NCBI GenBank assembly: GCA_903861445.1
Contig: CAIOUK010000120.1
Location: 1 to 37,430, forward strand
Source: an uncultured Verrucomicrobia subdivision 3 bacterium
GTDB taxonomy: Bacteria; Verrucomicrobiota; Verrucomicrobiia; Limisphaerales; UBA11358
DNA: 37,430 nt
Direction: 5' to 3'
Part shown: positions 16,010 to 25,184 of the stretch, piece after piece
Numbering within the stretch: position 1 is the first letter of the stretch
Layout of the letters: each line of letters starts with the position of its first letter
Program-made: the position numbers and the translations under genes
Notes under the pieces: model-generated
The model's input: only the letters and a program-made list of their open reading frames with translations
The model's database searches: none
Told to the model about the DNA's origin: nothing

Positions 16010-16756
16010 ATGAACCCGCAAAATTTTTACGATAGCTACTGGAACAGCGGATCCCATGTCTGCGACGAGTGGGATGAAAAGCAATTTCGCCAAGTCCTTG
16101 GCCCGTTGATTGGCGCTGAAAAGGTGCTCGATTACGGTTGCGGCTTGGGATTTGCCTATCAAAAGCGGTTGGTCGGCGCTGTCAGAAATTATATCGGCGC
16201 TGACATTGCATCCGCAGCGTTGGAAAACGCGAGAAGCAAGAATCTTGAAGCGACTAGGATTGCACCTGAAACCGGCGGGCTTGAACTGCCGGATAACACA
16301 TTTGATGGCGCAGTATGTGTTGAAGTTTTTGAACATCTTTTTGATCCGCTGGCGTCTGCCCGCGAGATTTTTCGCGTGATGAAACCTGGCGGAGTTTTTG
16401 TCGCCACAGTTCCGAACTTTGGTTATCACGCTTGGCGCCTCCTTGCGTTGCTGCGGGCACAAGTCCCTTCCGAGCCGGAGAACAAAAAGTTGAACCGTTA
16501 CAACGGCGTCCATATCCGCTATTTCAGCAAATTTATGTTCCAGCATTTGCTTAATGATGCGGGCTTCGTAGATGTCCAGATAGGAAGCTTTGATCAGTCC
16601 TCGATTTGGGATGCCTCATTGGCTGCTGGACATTTTGGTGCCATCGCCCAATTTGCGCGGGAAAAGTTTCCGCCGTCGCTTCGCCTGAGTTTTTTGCAGG
16701 AGGTATGGCCAAACGTATTTGCAATACGCTTGCGCGCCGTGGCGAGAAAACCTTGA
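16010..16756 (+). CDS. Class I SAM-dependent methyltransferase (Methyltransf_11-like)
   Basis: Motifs are VLDYGCGLGF, VCVEVFEHLFDP and MKPGGVFVATVPN. I prefer the ATG at 16010; the longer track start at 15887 overlaps the upstream GT2 gene. Confidence 0.85.
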   Translation: MNPQNFYDSYWNSGSHVCDEWDEKQFRQVLGPLIGAEKVLDYGCGLGFAYQKRLVGAVRNYIGADIASAALENARSKNLEATRIAPETGGLELPDNTFDGAVCVEVFEHLFDPLASAREIFRVMKPGGVFVATVPNFGYHAWRLLALLRAQVPSEPENKKLNRYNGVHIRYFSKFMFQHLLNDAGFVDVQIGSFDQSSIWDASLAAGHFGAIAQFAREKFPPSLRLSFLQEVWPNVFAIRLRAVARKP

Positions 16757-16799
16757 TTAAAATATATAATTTCAAATAGACGAACATGATCATTAACCA

Positions 16800-18011
16800 A
16801 TGACTGCGACTGAAAACTTTCCACGCCTGCTCGTCGCCGCCGAATTTCCGCCCAACGCCTCCGGCGGCGGGCCGGCCATCGTCCGCCAGATGTTGAAAAA
16901 CTGGCCGGTGGATCGTTTGTTTTGGTGGAGCTGTCAGCCCGACCGTGACAAACATTTTGGCCAGCAAATCGCCGCGCAGCGGGTCGCAACCATTCCGCCA
17001 CGGCTTTATCCCAACCGCCGTTTTCGTTCGCCCAAGACTTTTTTTTTGCGGCATATTTGGAGCCGGTGGGCGGCGCAGCATTTTCGCCAGACGCTATCAC
17101 TTTTCAAACCGGACGTGGTCTGGGTGATTCCAACAAGTTGGAGCATTCCACCGCTCGTCCGGGCGCTGCTGCCGGCCAACGTGCCATTCCATGTGTCCGT
17201 GCATGATTACGCCGATTGTCAGGGCTGGTTGAATTCGTTTGGCCCGGCCCAAGTCGGACGGTTGCAGCAGCAGTTGGAATTGCTGTATGCCCGGGCGACC
17301 ACCCGCGATGGTATTTTTTATCCGATGATTGCGGATTTGCGCGCCCGAACCGGCCGGGAGGCGAACGGAGCCGTTCATGCCGGTCTGGAAAAAAAAGATT
17401 TTGAATATCTGCAGGTTCGACCGCCCGGCCCGGAGGATCAAATCCGCATCGCTTACACCGGAACCATCAGTTGCGAGGTGGATTTTGCCAAATTCGTCCG
17501 GGCGATTGCCGCCGTCCGCCCCAAGCTCGCCCGAAAAGTTTCCCTTGAAATTTTCAGTTCCCATTCCTATCGCGACCGCCCCTGGTTTGATGCGGCGTGG
17601 ATGAACGAACGCGGCAATCTGGCGGAACCGCATTTTTCCACGGAATTAAAAAAATGCTCCTGGGCTTTTGTGATGATGGAACTGGCCGATGATAACCGCA
17701 GCCACTTTTTTAGTTTGCCGACAAAGTTTGCGAGCTCGCTGGCGACGGGATTGCCCATTTTTGCCTTGGGACATCAGGAATCCAGCCTGATTAAAATCGC
17801 GCAACAATATCGCGTCGGCGTCTGTGCCACGGATGGCTCGCCAGAAGCGTTGCAGGCCAAAGTGTGGGAGGCGCTCGCGATGGAAAACCCATGGGAAATA
17901 TTCGGCTCCGAAATCCTGCGCTGCGCCAGTGAAGAATTTGACGCGATGCGAATCCGAGAGTTGCTTCAACAGTGCCTCATCACCGGCGCGCGCGGCCAGC
18001 CCAATAGGTAA
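16800..18011 (+). CDS. Glycosyltransferase, GT-B fold (GT4-like, divergent)
   Basis: The 403-aa product has FFSLPTKFASSLATGLPIFALG, which resembles the GT-B C-terminal E-x7-E/helix region. The operon context supports the call. The assignment is weaker than for its neighbours. Confidence 0.55.
   Translation: MTATENFPRLLVAAEFPPNASGGGPAIVRQMLKNWPVDRLFWWSCQPDRDKHFGQQIAAQRVATIPPRLYPNRRFRSPKTFFLRHIWSRWAAQHFRQTLSLFKPDVVWVIPTSWSIPPLVRALLPANVPFHVSVHDYADCQGWLNSFGPAQVGRLQQQLELLYARATTRDGIFYPMIADLRARTGREANGAVHAGLEKKDFEYLQVRPPGPEDQIRIAYTGTISCEVDFAKFVRAIAAVRPKLARKVSLEIFSSHSYRDRPWFDAAWMNERGNLAEPHFSTELKKCSWAFVMMELADDNRSHFFSLPTKFASSLATGLPIFALGHQESSLIKIAQQYRVGVCATDGSPEALQAKVWEALAMENPWEIFGSEILRCASEEFDAMRIRELLQQCLITGARGQPNR
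17039..17047 (+). repeat. T9 homopolymer inside the GT-B gene 16800..18011
   Basis: The sequence reads cccaagacTTTTTTTTTgcgg, with codons ACT TTT TTT TTG at about codon 80. Confidence 0.95.
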
Positions 18012-18012
18012 A

Positions 18013-19170
18013 ATGAGCGAAAAAATTCCAAAAATTCTGCTGGCAACCTGCGGCGCATGGCATTTGCGGCAGACGGCCCGTGCTTTTCAAGATCGAGGCG
18101 CGCTGGCTGGCCTGTGGATTTCCGAGAAAAATCTCACCCAGATTACAGCCGATAAATTCAACCGCTGCTGGCCGTTTCATTTGGCCATGAAGCCGTTCTA
18201 TCATTTGACCCCGCAAATCTGGACGGAAAAGGCGTTTTACACTTTTTTTCCGATTTGGAAAACCTGGTTCAAGGCGCAGCCCTGGCCGGAATGCGACGTG
18301 GTGCAGGCAATCATGGGTTTTGCCACCGAGCCGTTTGACCGGGCGGAAAAAACCGGGGCGTTGAAAGTGGTGGACTGTCAGAACAGTCACCCGACCAGCT
18401 ATTATGGCTATATGCAGCGGGAGTGCGACCTGTGGTGCCCCGGTGAAAATGTGCCCATTCCGCGCTGGATGTTTGCGCGGATGAACCGGGAACTGGAACG
18501 CGCGGACATCATCCTATGTCCTTCGGATTTTGTGCGCGACACGATGGTGCAAAACGGTCTGCGCGCCGAAAAATGTTTCGTGAATCCGTTTGGCGCAGAT
18601 GTGAGCATTTTTCAGCCCCGCGAAACCGTGCCGTCCCGGCCAAAATTCATTGCCGTGGGCACCATTTGTCTGCGCAAGGGGCACCAATATCTGTTCCGTG
18701 CTTTTGAACGGGTAAAAAAACAATTGCCGGAAGCAGAGCTGGTTTGCGTGGGCAATTTGAAAACCGATTTCCGCAAAGAGTGGCCCAAATGGCGCGACAG
18801 CTTCACCTATATTCCGCATCTGCCGCACCGGGAGCTGGCCAAATTATTGCAGAGCGGCACGGCGTTTGTTTTTCCATCCCTGGAAGAAGGTTTCGCCCGT
18901 GCCATTGTTGAAGCCATGGCGGTGGGACTGCCGATCATCGCCAGTCCTGAAAGCGGAGCCACGACCTTGGTGCAAGACGGCGTCGAAGGGATCATCGTGC
19001 GCGGCCGCGATCCGCAACATATCGCCGACGCCATGCTGCGGGTGGCGACCGACCGGGAACTCTGTCAGCGCCTGGGTGAGGCCGCCCACCGCAAAGGCGC
19101 CATCCGTAATACTTGGCAGGATTATGGCGACCGCTTATTGACCGAATACGCCAATCGGTTGAAGAAATAG
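18013..19170 (+). CDS. Glycosyltransferase family 4
   Basis: The motif is FVFPSLEEGFARAIVEAMAVGLPIIAS...G (GT4 EX7E). The ATG at 18013 lies 2 nt after the upstream stop. The track start at 17824 overlaps the previous gene. Confidence 0.85.
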   Translation: MSEKIPKILLATCGAWHLRQTARAFQDRGALAGLWISEKNLTQITADKFNRCWPFHLAMKPFYHLTPQIWTEKAFYTFFPIWKTWFKAQPWPECDVVQAIMGFATEPFDRAEKTGALKVVDCQNSHPTSYYGYMQRECDLWCPGENVPIPRWMFARMNRELERADIILCPSDFVRDTMVQNGLRAEKCFVNPFGADVSIFQPRETVPSRPKFIAVGTICLRKGHQYLFRAFERVKKQLPEAELVCVGNLKTDFRKEWPKWRDSFTYIPHLPHRELAKLLQSGTAFVFPSLEEGFARAIVEAMAVGLPIIASPESGATTLVQDGVEGIIVRGRDPQHIADAMLRVATDRELCQRLGEAAHRKGAIRNTWQDYGDRLLTEYANRLKK

Positions 19171-19294
19171 AGTGGCAATAAATCTTCGCTTCTTCACCGT
19201 GAGAAACATTTTCCAGAACAAAGAGCGACGATACGCACTCCCCGATTTTCTTTCATCCGCTAACACGAAATTACAAACTGGATTGGAAACTTGA

Positions 19295-20470
19295 ATGGAA
19301 AAACCATTGAGAATCGCCATCCTCATCACCGACAACCGGGAGCATGATAAGGCTTATACCTTAAGCCGGCCGTATTTTGCCGCCGGCGCGGCTTCATTTT
19401 TTGAAGGTTTGGCCCAGTTGCCGGCAGTGGAAATACACATTGTTTCCTGCACCCAGAAACCGATGCCGGATTCGCCGCATAAACTGGCGGGCAACCTCTG
19501 GTTTCACAGCTTGTATGTGCCTAAAATCGGCTGGCTGCGCACATTTTATCAGGGCTGCATCCGGGCTGTTCGCCGCAAGCTGAAGGAACTCCAGCCGGAC
19601 ATCGTGCATGGCTGGGGAAACGAGCGCGATAACGGCATCAGTGCCGTTTTTTCCGGCTTCCCCAATGTGGTGACCATTCAGGGCAACATGGCGGAACTGG
19701 CGCGGATGGCCGGCGCACCCATTGGCAGCTACGAATGGCTGACGGCCCGACTGGAAAACTTAACCCTGCGCCGAACCGATGGCGTGCTCTGCAATTCCAA
19801 CTACACTCGCACCTTGGTGCAACCGCGCACCCGCCGGACCTGGCTGGTGGCGCACGCGCTACGACAGCCCTTTCTGGAAGCATTGCCGCCGAATGAGGCG
19901 CGACCCTGCGTGCTGTTGAACGCCGGGGTCATTAGTCCCCGCAAGCGGCAACTGGAAATGTTGGATATGGCAGAAGCCCTGCACCGGCGGGGATTAAAAT
20001 TTGAATTTCAGTTCATTGGCTTTACCAATCCCACGGATTATTGCCGGACATTTTTGAATCGCATCCAACCCATGACGGCCGCCGGTTACGCGCGGTTTCT
20101 GGGCAAATTGCCCGAAGGTGAACTGGTCAATGGCTATGACCGGGTGGCGGGCGTTGTGCATTTTCCCACGGAAGAAGCCTTCGGCAATGTCGTGGGGGAA
20201 GCCTTGGCGCGAAACCTGAAATTTTTTGGCGCGCGGCTGGGCGGAATCGTGGACATTGCCCACGGCGTGCCCGGCGCGGAATTATTTGCCAAAGACGATT
20301 GGGCGGGATTGACGGATGCCATTGCCCGGTGGATCGAGCAGGGACACCCGCGCCCGACGGAAGCCGCCACACTGATGCGCCAGCGTTATTCTCCGGAAGT
20401 CATCGCCCGCCAACATTTGGAAATTTATCGCGAAGTGCTGGCGGGCTCCCGGTTGAAATCGCCGCACTGA
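19295..20470 (+). CDS. Glycosyltransferase family 4
   Basis: The motif VHFPTEEAFGNVVGEALARNLKFFG is EX7E-like, and the N-terminal domain is Rossmann-like. Product is 391 aa. Confidence 0.75.
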   Translation: MEKPLRIAILITDNREHDKAYTLSRPYFAAGAASFFEGLAQLPAVEIHIVSCTQKPMPDSPHKLAGNLWFHSLYVPKIGWLRTFYQGCIRAVRRKLKELQPDIVHGWGNERDNGISAVFSGFPNVVTIQGNMAELARMAGAPIGSYEWLTARLENLTLRRTDGVLCNSNYTRTLVQPRTRRTWLVAHALRQPFLEALPPNEARPCVLLNAGVISPRKRQLEMLDMAEALHRRGLKFEFQFIGFTNPTDYCRTFLNRIQPMTAAGYARFLGKLPEGELVNGYDRVAGVVHFPTEEAFGNVVGEALARNLKFFGARLGGIVDIAHGVPGAELFAKDDWAGLTDAIARWIEQGHPRPTEAATLMRQRYSPEVIARQHLEIYREVLAGSRLKSPH

Positions 20471-20569
20471 AGCCTCCGGCATGCACGGCGGCGGTAATCC
20501 GTCACGAAAATTTAACGGCTGACGACTTGATGCCATTGCAGGTGGAACCTAGAATTAACCTCGTTGATC

Positions 20570-22099
20570 ATGACCAAACCCCATTCATCTGCTGGCAACC
20601 GGGACTTGCAATTTTTGCTGCTGGCCTTGCTGGCACTGGTGGTTTTGTTTCATCTGGGCACGGCGCTCAAGGGCGACGGCCGCTTTCGCGATCAGCACCT
20701 CGGCGTGGCGCTGCATTACGCCGCCACCCAAATCAGTCTGTCCGAGACGATCATCCCCGGGTTCAATGCCAATGACACCCCGACCATTCAGGAGTTGCCT
20801 GTCTGGCAGGCGGCGGCGGCGCTGGCCTTTAAAATGTTTGGATCATGGTGGGGTTGGGCCAATCTCGTTTCGCTGCTGCTCTTCCTGCCCTGCCTGTATC
20901 CGCTCTGGCAGATTGGCCGGCAGTTTTATGGCGAACGGGCCGCGTGGTGGGCCACCGTGGTATTTTTGTGTCAGGGGTTGGTGTTCAGCTTTGCCGGCGA
21001 AGCGGGCACGGATGGTTTTTCCCTCGCCGTGACCATTTGGTTCTGGTTTGCCTCGGTGCGGTTGTTGGCTGAACCCGTGAAATGGTTTGCCCCAGCGGTC
21101 GCGCTCGGCGTGCTGGCGGCGACGGCTAAACTGCCCTTTTTCATGGCGGCGGGTTTCGCCGCGTTTTTCTTATGTCTGCAGACGCACGGGTTGAACTGGC
21201 GGCGAATGATTCCGCTGGCGGCGGTTGGGGGTTTGACGGGCATCATTTTTCTCGCTTGGACACATTATACCGACCAGCTCCAGGCGGGTGCGGAATTTCC
21301 GTTTGTGGATTTGCGCCTCCATGGCCGATCGGGCGACGCGATGATGTTCTGGTATTTCGGCGACTGGCATTACCGGCTCAATCCCGCAAACTGGCTTAAG
21401 GCCGGCTGGCGTTTCGCCAATGACGTCTTCGGCAGCTTCACTCTCATCGCCCTTTTTATCGGGGCGCTGGCCAGCCGGCGACTGCATCCGTCGGCCAAGT
21501 TTTTTCTAGCGGGCGCCGGGCTGACGACGCTGATTTTTTCGCATCTAATTTTGCATCACCATCATTATTACCTGATGTTCACGCCGGCGGTGGCGCTGCT
21601 CACGGCGGCGGCCTTGGCGGGCGCGGAAGCTTTTTTGCGGGAGCACAACTTTAAGCCCGGGCTGATCGCCGGCGTGGCCAGTTTGATTTTGCTGGCCGGT
21701 TTATTGCAAGGATTGATGGCGTTCAAGACCTTGAGCCTGGATCATTATCCACAGAAAATTGCCGACACCATCCGCAGCCACACCACCCCGCAGGACAAAT
21801 TACTTGTTATCAACGGCGGCTGGGGCGGTGAACAGTTGATGCGCGCCAGCCGCAATGGACTTTCCCTTTGGAATGCGGAAATCTTTGAGGATTCAAAAAA
21901 ATTCGCACGATTGAAACAGCTTGGCTACAACAAGCTCGTGATTGTAGGTGAATCGCCGTTTGACAACGCGATCCGGGTCGTCAATCCCGGCCAGACCGGG
22001 ATTCCCCGCGCACTGGCCCGCGACTGGCTAACGCCGCGCGTGGAGAAATGGCCGGATGTCCTGATGGGTGATGATTTAATCATCAAGGCGATTCCCTAA
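20570..22099 (+). CDS. GT-C fold membrane glycosyltransferase (ArnT/PMT-like, GT39/GT83-like)
   Basis: About 11-12 hydrophobic helices are followed by a soluble C-terminal domain. The first loop/helix ..TIQELPVWQAAAALAFKMFG resembles the eKPPLxyW...lFG segment of ArnT-type enzymes. I prefer the ATG at 20570. Confidence 0.55.
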   Translation: MTKPHSSAGNRDLQFLLLALLALVVLFHLGTALKGDGRFRDQHLGVALHYAATQISLSETIIPGFNANDTPTIQELPVWQAAAALAFKMFGSWWGWANLVSLLLFLPCLYPLWQIGRQFYGERAAWWATVVFLCQGLVFSFAGEAGTDGFSLAVTIWFWFASVRLLAEPVKWFAPAVALGVLAATAKLPFFMAAGFAAFFLCLQTHGLNWRRMIPLAAVGGLTGIIFLAWTHYTDQLQAGAEFPFVDLRLHGRSGDAMMFWYFGDWHYRLNPANWLKAGWRFANDVFGSFTLIALFIGALASRRLHPSAKFFLAGAGLTTLIFSHLILHHHHYYLMFTPAVALLTAAALAGAEAFLREHNFKPGLIAGVASLILLAGLLQGLMAFKTLSLDHYPQKIADTIRSHTTPQDKLLVINGGWGGEQLMRASRNGLSLWNAEIFEDSKKFARLKQLGYNKLVIVGESPFDNAIRVVNPGQTGIPRALARDWLTPRVEKWPDVLMGDDLIIKAIP

Positions 22100-22118
22100 T
22101 TGTGACCGGCAGTCCGAT

Positions 22119-22892
22119 TTACTTACGCTGCCGATAATCGCCCCGGCTGAAATATTTTTCCAGCCAGACATAGGCGCAGATGAAAAAGTAGCGACTGCCC
22201 ATTTCCTTGATCTTGAGCTTGGCCACACCGAAGCGCCGGTTTCGCCACGTGATCGGCACCACCGTCCAAGTATAGCCGCGCACCATCGCCTTCAGCGGAA
22301 TTTCCACGGTCAGATTGAAATGCGGGGCGATGAGCGGTTCGCAGCCCTGGATCACCGTCCGCCGATACGCCTTGAAGGCGTTGGTGGTATCGTTCAGTGG
22401 AATCTGAAAAATGACGCGGATGAAAAAATTTGCGAGCCGATTCACAAACAACTTCACTGAGGGATAATCAATTGTGCCACCGCCCTTGATGAAGCGGCTG
22501 CCGAATACACAGTCCCAGCCTTCGTTCAACAATTTCCAGTAGCGCACCGCATCGCGCGCGTCGTCGGATTCATCCGCCATCATGATGACCACGGCATCAC
22601 CCGAGCAGTGGCGCAAGCCGAAGGTGATGGCGCGACCGAAGCCATGTTCGCCGGGATTCTGGATCGGGCGCAGCGTGGTAATTTTTTTTTGCAACTGTTG
22701 TAATACGTCCCAGGTGCGATCCTGACTGCCGTCGTCCACCACCACAATTTCATGCGGCACGTTATTCAGGGAAAATTCCAAATACAGATGCTCCAGCGTC
22801 GCCGGCAATGATTCCGCCTCGTCGCGCGCCGGGATGACCACGGAAAATAATTTCAGCGGCGGGGCGGAGGGATTGGGAGCGGGCGGATTCAT
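22119..22892 (-). CDS. Glycosyltransferase family 2, polyprenyl-phosphate sugar synthase-like (DPM1/ArnC-like catalytic domain, no TM tail)
   Basis: Motifs are FSVVIPARDEAESLPATLEHL, EIVVVDDGSQDRT and IMMADESDD. I prefer the ATG at 22892; the track start at 22895 is a TTG. Confidence 0.8.
   Translation of the reverse strand: MNPPAPNPSAPPLKLFSVVIPARDEAESLPATLEHLYLEFSLNNVPHEIVVVDDGSQDRTWDVLQQLQKKITTLRPIQNPGEHGFGRAITFGLRHCSGDAVVIMMADESDDARDAVRYWKLLNEGWDCVFGSRFIKGGGTIDYPSVKLFVNRLANFFIRVIFQIPLNDTTNAFKAYRRTVIQGCEPLIAPHFNLTVEIPLKAMVRGYTWTVVPITWRNRRFGVAKLKIKEMGSRYFFICAYVWLEKYFSRGDYRQRK
22682..22690 (-). repeat. A9 homopolymer (coding strand) inside the GT2 gene 22119..22892
   Basis: The minus strand reads CAA AAA AAA ATT (Q-K-K-I) at about codons 68-71. 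Confidence 0.95.
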
Positions 22893-23119
22893 CAAGCACC
22901 GGAGATTTCAAATCTGTGAAGAGTGATGAACGGAGTCAGGCTGGTGAAATTGGCGACGGCACCCGCACAAACGTGGTTACGGCTTTCGACCCGAAAGTTC
23001 GAAGACATTTCACCACGGATAAAACCCTTGGTGCGGCTGGCGATAGCAATGGTCATAAACTTTGGCAACCCGACTGAATAATCCGCCCACAGTATGTCTT
23101 TGGCAGATAAAGGCGGCAA
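22892..23119 (-). CDS. Possible small protein (75 aa from TTG 23119, or 54 aa from ATG 23056)
   Basis: The ORF is on the same strand and fills the 236-bp gap between GT4 and GT2. Its TGA overlaps the GT2 ATG (TGATG on the minus strand). I recognise no family, and there is no ATG at the long start. Confidence 0.25.
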   Translation of the reverse strand: MPPLSAKDILWADYSVGLPKFMTIAIASRTKGFIRGEMSSNFRVESRNHVCAGAVANFTSLTPFITLHRFEISGA

Positions 23120-23131
23120 GAAAATGAACGG

Positions 23132-24139
23132 TCAGTCCCGGGTGAGGACTTGTTCATAAATTGTTTGGAGCTGGCGCGCAACGTCAGTCCAGGTTGCCGG
23201 TCGAGCCGGACTGGGCAGTCGGTCAGCAGCGTCATAAAAGTGCCGCAAGCGGGCGGCGGTGGCGGCCACCGAATCCGTGACGCGGCAGAATTCCGCCCCG
23301 CCAGAGAAGGTGCTGCGCGCCCAAGGCAGGTCACTCAACAGCAGCGGACAGGCGCACGCGGCGGCTTCCTCCGCCGAAAGACTGCGCGTTTCCATGGTGC
23401 TTAAGAGGACGAATCCGCGCGCCGCACGGTAAATTTGAGCCAGTCGCGCCCGGTCGGTGATGGCGCCTTCGTAGCGAATGAGTTGCGGCTGTTGCCGTGC
23501 GAGGGTAAAAAATTTCTGCGCGTAAGGATCGGATTCCGCATAGGCCCGCCCGACAATCCAAAGGGGCGTTTGTGCGGCCACGGCGGCCCTCGCCAACTCC
23601 AGCACCCGTTTGCGTTCGGTAATCGTGGCGGTGCAGACGAGCCATTTTTCCCGCGCCACCGCCGGGGAATTGAAGAAAACCTCTTCGACCCCGTTGGGCA
23701 CGACATGGACACACTCTTTTGGCGCGCCAAAAAGATAATTCATCAGGTGTGCCTCCCAGACCGTATTAGCGACACAGGCATCCGCAAGCCCGTAGGCATC
23801 CCACTTGAAGGCGGCCGTGAAATTGCGCGGGGCCAGTTGGGCGATGGTGCGGGAGATGAGTTTCTGCCGCCATAATTGCGCCGGGGAGCGGGAGCCTTGG
23901 GCGGTCAGGAGTTCGGCCATGACCACCTTGATTTTTTTTTGATGGGCAAAACGAATTTGCCCCGCCGGCATCCGGCCAAAGTAATGGATGAGGTCGCCGG
24001 TTTGATTTTCATCCCACCAGCGGAGCGGTTCCACCGTCACGCCGAGTTGGGACAAGGCGGCCATGGTTTGCCGAATCTGGATGGCCGCGCCGCCGTGGGC
24101 GAGCGCAAACGGAAGGTCACAGTTGACCAGAATCTTCAT
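23132..24139 (-). CDS. Glycosyltransferase family 4-like (GT-B)
   Basis: The motif GFVLLSTMETRSLSAEEAAACACPLLLSDLP is EX7E-like, and the N-terminal domain MKILVNCDL is Rossmann-like. Confidence 0.7.
   Translation of the reverse strand: MKILVNCDLPFALAHGGAAIQIRQTMAALSQLGVTVEPLRWWDENQTGDLIHYFGRMPAGQIRFAHQKKIKVVMAELLTAQGSRSPAQLWRQKLISRTIAQLAPRNFTAAFKWDAYGLADACVANTVWEAHLMNYLFGAPKECVHVVPNGVEEVFFNSPAVAREKWLVCTATITERKRVLELARAAVAAQTPLWIVGRAYAESDPYAQKFFTLARQQPQLIRYEGAITDRARLAQIYRAARGFVLLSTMETRSLSAEEAAACACPLLLSDLPWARSTFSGGAEFCRVTDSVAATAARLRHFYDAADRLPSPARPATWTDVARQLQTIYEQVLTRD
23932..23940 (-). repeat. A9 homopolymer (coding strand) inside the GT4 gene 23132..24139
   Basis: The minus strand reads CAA AAA AAA ATC (Q-K-K-I) at about codons 67-70. 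Confidence 0.95.
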
Positions 24140-24194
24140 CGGACAATGGTGCCGCGAGCCGGGTCGCCGGGCAATGCGATTCCTGCTTGACGAT

Positions 24195-25184
24195 TTAAAC
24201 TAGCAAATGTCGGGAGGCAAACTGTTCCACGTGCGGCCAGACTTCGTTCGCGGTGACGTCGCCCAGGCAAAACGGTTTTTCAAAGCGGCAATAGTCCGAG
24301 CACGGCTTGTAAGGACAGGGGCGACCCTCGAACACTTCCGCTGCCGGATGGAGCGGGGCGAACCATTCATGCAAAGACGGCCCGTAAAGCGTGAAAGTAG
24401 GCACGCCGCAGATGGCCGCAAGGTGGCCGGGGCCGGAGCAGTTGCCGATGAAAATGCCGGCGCGGTCAAGCTGCGCGGACAGCTCCGTCACATTCTGCGG
24501 GCAGGCGACGCTTTCACCGCGCTCCTCCCACCAGGCGAGCTGGTCGGGATCGCAGGCGATTTGCACGGTGATTTTTTTTTGCCGCAGCCGGGTTGCGATT
24601 TGCCGGAAATTTTCCAGCGGCCACACGCGGGCGGGTAGTCGCGCTCCGGTGTGGATGAAGACCACGGTCGAAGCTGTTCGCGGCGGCGGTAAAATTTCTT
24701 CGCGGCGGGGCACCACCAGTCTTAACGCGTCGCCGGCCACGCGCCAAAATTCGGTGCGGTGGGCAAGCGGATCAGGCCGGGCCAACGGCTGCGTAAGGTA
24801 GCGCCCGCTGTTGAGCCGGGGAAAACCAAGCCGGGCCGTGGCCCCGGAAAATTTCATGAGCAGGTGGTCGCGCGGATCCCAGCGACCGGAGACGGCGTAG
24901 TCGAATTTTTCCGCGCGCAATTGGTGGAGCAATCGCCAGCCTTCATTACAAGGCCAGCGCCACAGATGATATTTGCCACGAAACGCCGTCCACGGCGCGT
25001 TGAAGGGAATCACTGTGACCGCCGGCCAGAGGCGCGGACGGAGTTCGAGCGCATAGGGCTTGGCCAGCAGGGTGACGGAAAATTTTTCCGCCGCCGCGCG
25101 CAAAAAAGGTGTGGCGAGAACAAGGTCGCCGAGTCCCCACAGTTCGAGAACGAGCAGTTTTGGTTTCACTGGCGGGCGGTTCAC
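24195..25184 (-). CDS. Glycosyltransferase family 9 (heptosyltransferase-like)
   Basis: The N-terminus is KLLVLELWGLGDLVLATPFLRA and the C-terminal GT9 motif is GIFIGNCSGPGHLAAICGVPTFTLYGPS. There is a 4-nt overlap with the upstream ligase-like gene. Confidence 0.8.
   Translation of the reverse strand: MNRPPVKPKLLVLELWGLGDLVLATPFLRAAAEKFSVTLLAKPYALELRPRLWPAVTVIPFNAPWTAFRGKYHLWRWPCNEGWRLLHQLRAEKFDYAVSGRWDPRDHLLMKFSGATARLGFPRLNSGRYLTQPLARPDPLAHRTEFWRVAGDALRLVVPRREEILPPPRTASTVVFIHTGARLPARVWPLENFRQIATRLRQKKITVQIACDPDQLAWWEERGESVACPQNVTELSAQLDRAGIFIGNCSGPGHLAAICGVPTFTLYGPSLHEWFAPLHPAAEVFEGRPCPYKPCSDYCRFEKPFCLGDVTANEVWPHVEQFASRHLLV
24572..24580 (-). repeat. A9 homopolymer (coding strand) inside the GT9 gene 24195..25184
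   Basis: The minus strand reads CAA AAA AAA ATC (Q-K-K-I) at about codons 202-205. Confidence 0.95.
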
